Below, one piece after another: positions 61,692-64,000 of a stretch of 64,000 nucleotides of DNA (position 1 is the first letter of the stretch; each line of letters begins with the position of its first letter). The notes below the pieces were generated by a model. It saw only the letters and a list, made by a program, of their open reading frames with translations. It did no database searches and was not told the DNA's origin. The stretch comes from Pseudomonadota bacterium. Its GTDB lineage: Bacteria > Bdellovibrionota > UBA2428. Where the stretch lies: contig JAGNHS010000009.1 in the NCBI GenBank assembly GCA_018001635.1, positions 3,091 to 67,090 on the forward strand, in the 5' to 3' direction. Made by a program: the position numbers and the translations under genes.

Positions 61692-62486
61692 ATGAAATTC
61701 ACTGCAAAAATTTTACCCTTAGTGTTGGCTTCGGCGGCACTACCACTATGTGCCGAGTGGAATATTCAAGCGCAACCTTATTTAGCGTGGTCTGGTCTTG
61801 AAAAAGGATCTGACATTTTCGTAAGCTATGGTTTTAAAACTAAAGGCGACTATTCGATTAACGTTGATACTTTAATGCAAGTTCAAGATGTCGATGGTGC
61901 GGATCATCTTGCTTATACTCATGCCTACAGCAGAATTGGTATTAAAAGCCCAGTCACTTATAATTTGGGCAGCACTTGGAAATTTAACTGGCAGTTTCGT
62001 TACGTAATTCCTACTACTGCTGGCGCTCAAGCTGATGGTAGCTATGGAACGGTTTCTGTTCGCCCAACTTTCACGGCATCTTTCGGTTCATTCTTGAATC
62101 TTAGTTTGCGCACAATTGTGGGTTTAGATCTTCAACGTGAAGGCTACCAAGTGAATCCTGTGGGTTCAGGCGTTCCTGCAAAAGGCACACGTTTGTTCGT
62201 ACTTGCTCAAGAAGTTATTCCTGAGTTTGTATTGGATGAAGGTTTAACTTTCACTCCATACGTGGCTGTATCATACGGATACGTAATGGCACCTCCGCAT
62301 GGAAGCAAAAAATCTTCTAATGCAGTTCTTTTCAACCCAGAACTTTCGAAGCAAATCTCTTCAATTGAAGGTCTTTCTGTAAGCCTTTGGTATGAAGAAG
62401 AAGCTCCTTTCGGAACAGATAAAGATTTAGAAATGTTCCAAACTGAGCAAATTCGCTACGGTATGGGAGTTGGTTACTCGTTCTAA
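61692..62486 (+). CDS. Outer-membrane beta-barrel protein
   Basis: GGAGG 11 nt upstream of ATG 61692. Signal peptide MKFTAKILPLVLASAALPLCA. C-terminal GMGVGYSF. The track ORF is open from 61635. Confidence 0.75.
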   Translation: MKFTAKILPLVLASAALPLCAEWNIQAQPYLAWSGLEKGSDIFVSYGFKTKGDYSINVDTLMQVQDVDGADHLAYTHAYSRIGIKSPVTYNLGSTWKFNWQFRYVIPTTAGAQADGSYGTVSVRPTFTASFGSFLNLSLRTIVGLDLQREGYQVNPVGSGVPAKGTRLFVLAQEVIPEFVLDEGLTFTPYVAVSYGYVMAPPHGSKKSSNAVLFNPELSKQISSIEGLSVSLWYEEEAPFGTDKDLEMFQTEQIRYGMGVGYSF

Positions 62487-62779
62487 TGCTTAAAGCATTT
62501 ATAAGGGCAGCATTCCTTTTTGGAGTGCTGCCCTTTTTTATTTCTTCTTTGTCTTTTGCTGGATCTAAAGAATCTCGTATTGAATTTCCAGCAGTTCAAT
62601 TGCTCGAACAAATTACTCAAGCAGAAAAACTTCAGCCGCAAAGAAAAGACGTCGATGCACTCCGTTATAAGCCCTTTGATTGGGAGCCTAGTATCTTGCC
62701 CGGCTCTGTGCGATCCTGGATGATGTTAGAATTAGATGAACGCACTATTGGTTTAATCCAACGTTCACCTGACATTTAA
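62486..62779 (+). CDS. Hypothetical exported protein (97 aa)
   Basis: TAATG overlap with the upstream gene. Signal peptide FLFGVLPFFISSLSFA-GS. Confidence 0.6.
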   Translation: MLKAFIRAAFLFGVLPFFISSLSFAGSKESRIEFPAVQLLEQITQAEKLQPQRKDVDALRYKPFDWEPSILPGSVRSWMMLELDERTIGLIQRSPDI

Positions 62780-62795
62780 ACTGACTAGGGAGTTT

Positions 62796-63572
62796 ATGAG
62801 CGCATATCAGCAAGGACCTTTTACACCCAAAGTAACTCCTGTTGTTAAATCGTTATTGATTGTCTTAGTTGCCTTTTTCGTACTTCAATTTATTTTGGAT
62901 AGATTGTTTGGATTGCCTTTTACTCAGCAATTGGCTTTTACGCCGTTTTTGTTTGTACAAGGTAAATTTTGGCAGTTAGCCACTTATATACTTTTACACG
63001 GAAGTCCCTTTCATTTATTTTTTAATGCTTTGGCGTTGTTTATGTTGGGCCCACAGTTGGAAAGTCTTTGGGGTTCCAAAAAATTTCTCAAATATTTTTT
63101 TGTAACAGCTTTTGGTGGCGCCATTTTGCACACGTTTATTTGGGTGCTGTCTTTATTTTTTTTCCCATCCCAAGCTGCAGAGCTAGGCTTAATTCCTATT
63201 GTAGGTTCGTCGGGGGCGCTTTACGGGCTTTTGATGGCCTATGGTTTACTTTATGGAGACAGTTATTTTTTAGCTTTTTTTGTTTTTCCAATTAAAGCTC
63301 GATATTTTGTTTTAATCATTGCCGCAATTGAGCTCTTTTCATCTTTTGGATCGGGGAACGAGGGTGTGGCTCACCTGGTGCATTTAGGTGGTTTAATAAC
63401 TGGATTAATTTATTTGAAAATCTCTGGGTCTAAAAATGGACGAGGCGGTGGCGGATCTTTCTTTGGACGTAAAAAAAGTATGAGTAAAGATGAAGTTCGC
63501 CAACGTTTGAGTGTGATCACAAATAATAATCCAAGCAAAGGCGATAAGGGTTTGCCTATCACCTGGAATTGA
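62796..63572 (+). CDS. Rhomboid-family intramembrane serine protease
   Basis: Catalytic GSSGALYG and HLVHLGG motifs in a six-helix hydrophobic protein. Confidence 0.9.
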   Translation: MSAYQQGPFTPKVTPVVKSLLIVLVAFFVLQFILDRLFGLPFTQQLAFTPFLFVQGKFWQLATYILLHGSPFHLFFNALALFMLGPQLESLWGSKKFLKYFFVTAFGGAILHTFIWVLSLFFFPSQAAELGLIPIVGSSGALYGLLMAYGLLYGDSYFLAFFVFPIKARYFVLIIAAIELFSSFGSGNEGVAHLVHLGGLITGLIYLKISGSKNGRGGGGSFFGRKKSMSKDEVRQRLSVITNNNPSKGDKGLPITWN

Positions 63573-63575
63573 GGC

Positions 63576-63905
63576 TTGCTTTTGAATTCAGAAAAGTTTC
63601 GTGATCAAAGAAGAGCGGAGTTGCTTTGGAAAGCTGAATTGATTTCGGAACACTCTAGTCTTCCAGCTTTAGTTCTGAATATTTCTGAAACAGGTGCAAA
63701 GCTCTACTGCCCTGATTTTGAATCTAAAGAAAAAAATCCAAAACTAAAAATTCAATGTCAATTTGTGACGGGTCTTCCTTTTTTGGCTTTAGAAGGTGAA
63801 GCCGTTTGGATGAGAAATGATCAATTGGGTTTTCGCTTTTTTGATTTAAATAAAAAGCAAAAATTCCTCCTCCAAAATTTCTTAAAATATCATTTAGGCG
63901 TCTAA
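63576..63905 (+). CDS. PilZ domain protein (c-di-GMP receptor)
   Basis: RxxxR (RDQRR) and N/DxSxxG (NISETG) motifs. TTG start. Confidence 0.75.
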   Translation: MLLNSEKFRDQRRAELLWKAELISEHSSLPALVLNISETGAKLYCPDFESKEKNPKLKIQCQFVTGLPFLALEGEAVWMRNDQLGFRFFDLNKKQKFLLQNFLKYHLGV

Positions 63906-64000
63906 ACGCCTTTTCGCGCAAGGTAGAGTTTTTCGGATAAGTCGCTGTGATAAAAGCGGCGAAGTTTGTCGAATTCAGTTTTTGTCCAGGCAGATGGATT
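63902..64000 (-). CDS. 3' end of an unidentified minus-strand gene running out of the window
   Basis: Frame is open from the window edge to TAG (...NPSAWTKTEFDKLRRFYHSDLSEKLYLARKGV*). Only 32 codons are visible. Confidence 0.3.
   Translation of the reverse strand, partial: NPSAWTKTEFDKLRRFYHSDLSEKLYLARKGV

Noticed and set aside
1-64000. CRISPR arrays, rRNA genes, IS elements/transposases, prophage genes, or known defence-system ATPase/nuclease genes
   Set aside because: Reading the ORF track and the spacers, I saw no regularly spaced repeats. I also saw no transposase, integrase or phage hallmark proteins. No STAND/AAA+ nuclease-type architectures were visible.

Overview
AT-rich Gram-negative chromosomal window. 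It holds about 60 protein genes and one tRNA. I saw no rRNA, CRISPR array, transposase or integrase. Most of it is core housekeeping:
- livG/livF ABC ATPases and ftsK
- rho, then rpmE-prfA-prmC-murA
- the rpsU-yqeY-dnaG-rpoD macromolecular-synthesis operon
- an M3 peptidase, an OmpR-type two-component pair and a Hanks-type kinase
- a polar amino-acid ABC transporter and a eukaryote-like NADP isocitrate dehydrogenase
- nadE, dus, mutY, rpmB, eno and a rhomboid protease

These are interspersed with many signal-peptide, lipoprotein and small outer-membrane (OM) barrel genes. That abundance, together with Lys-rich tails on RpoD and Bcp and a TonB-C/AgmX-PglI-like domain, tentatively suggests a Bdellovibrionota or deltaproteobacteria-like organism. 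This is inference only.

The most unusual region is 34.0-40.1 kb. It carries an in-situ duplicated module:
- an OM-barrel-like protein with a helical N-terminus
- a translationally coupled, extremely Gly-rich secreted protein
- a four-cysteine (Cys4) lipoprotein
- a PAP2 phosphatase variant, in one copy only

I could not assign this module to any known secretion or fibre system.

Other signals:
- Two long spacers (10.5-10.9 kb and 31.9-32.2 kb) each contain a 34-39 codon ORF. Both ORFs have a strong Shine-Dalgarno (SD) site, an SD-sequestering hairpin and a polybasic C-terminal tail, which resembles type I toxins.
- A 47-51 bp inverted repeat flanks a GC-rich core in the promoter region upstream of icd.
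- A perfect 44-bp palindrome overlaps two convergent stop codons.

All calls rest on reading the supplied ORF translations and the raw sequence. No database search was run.
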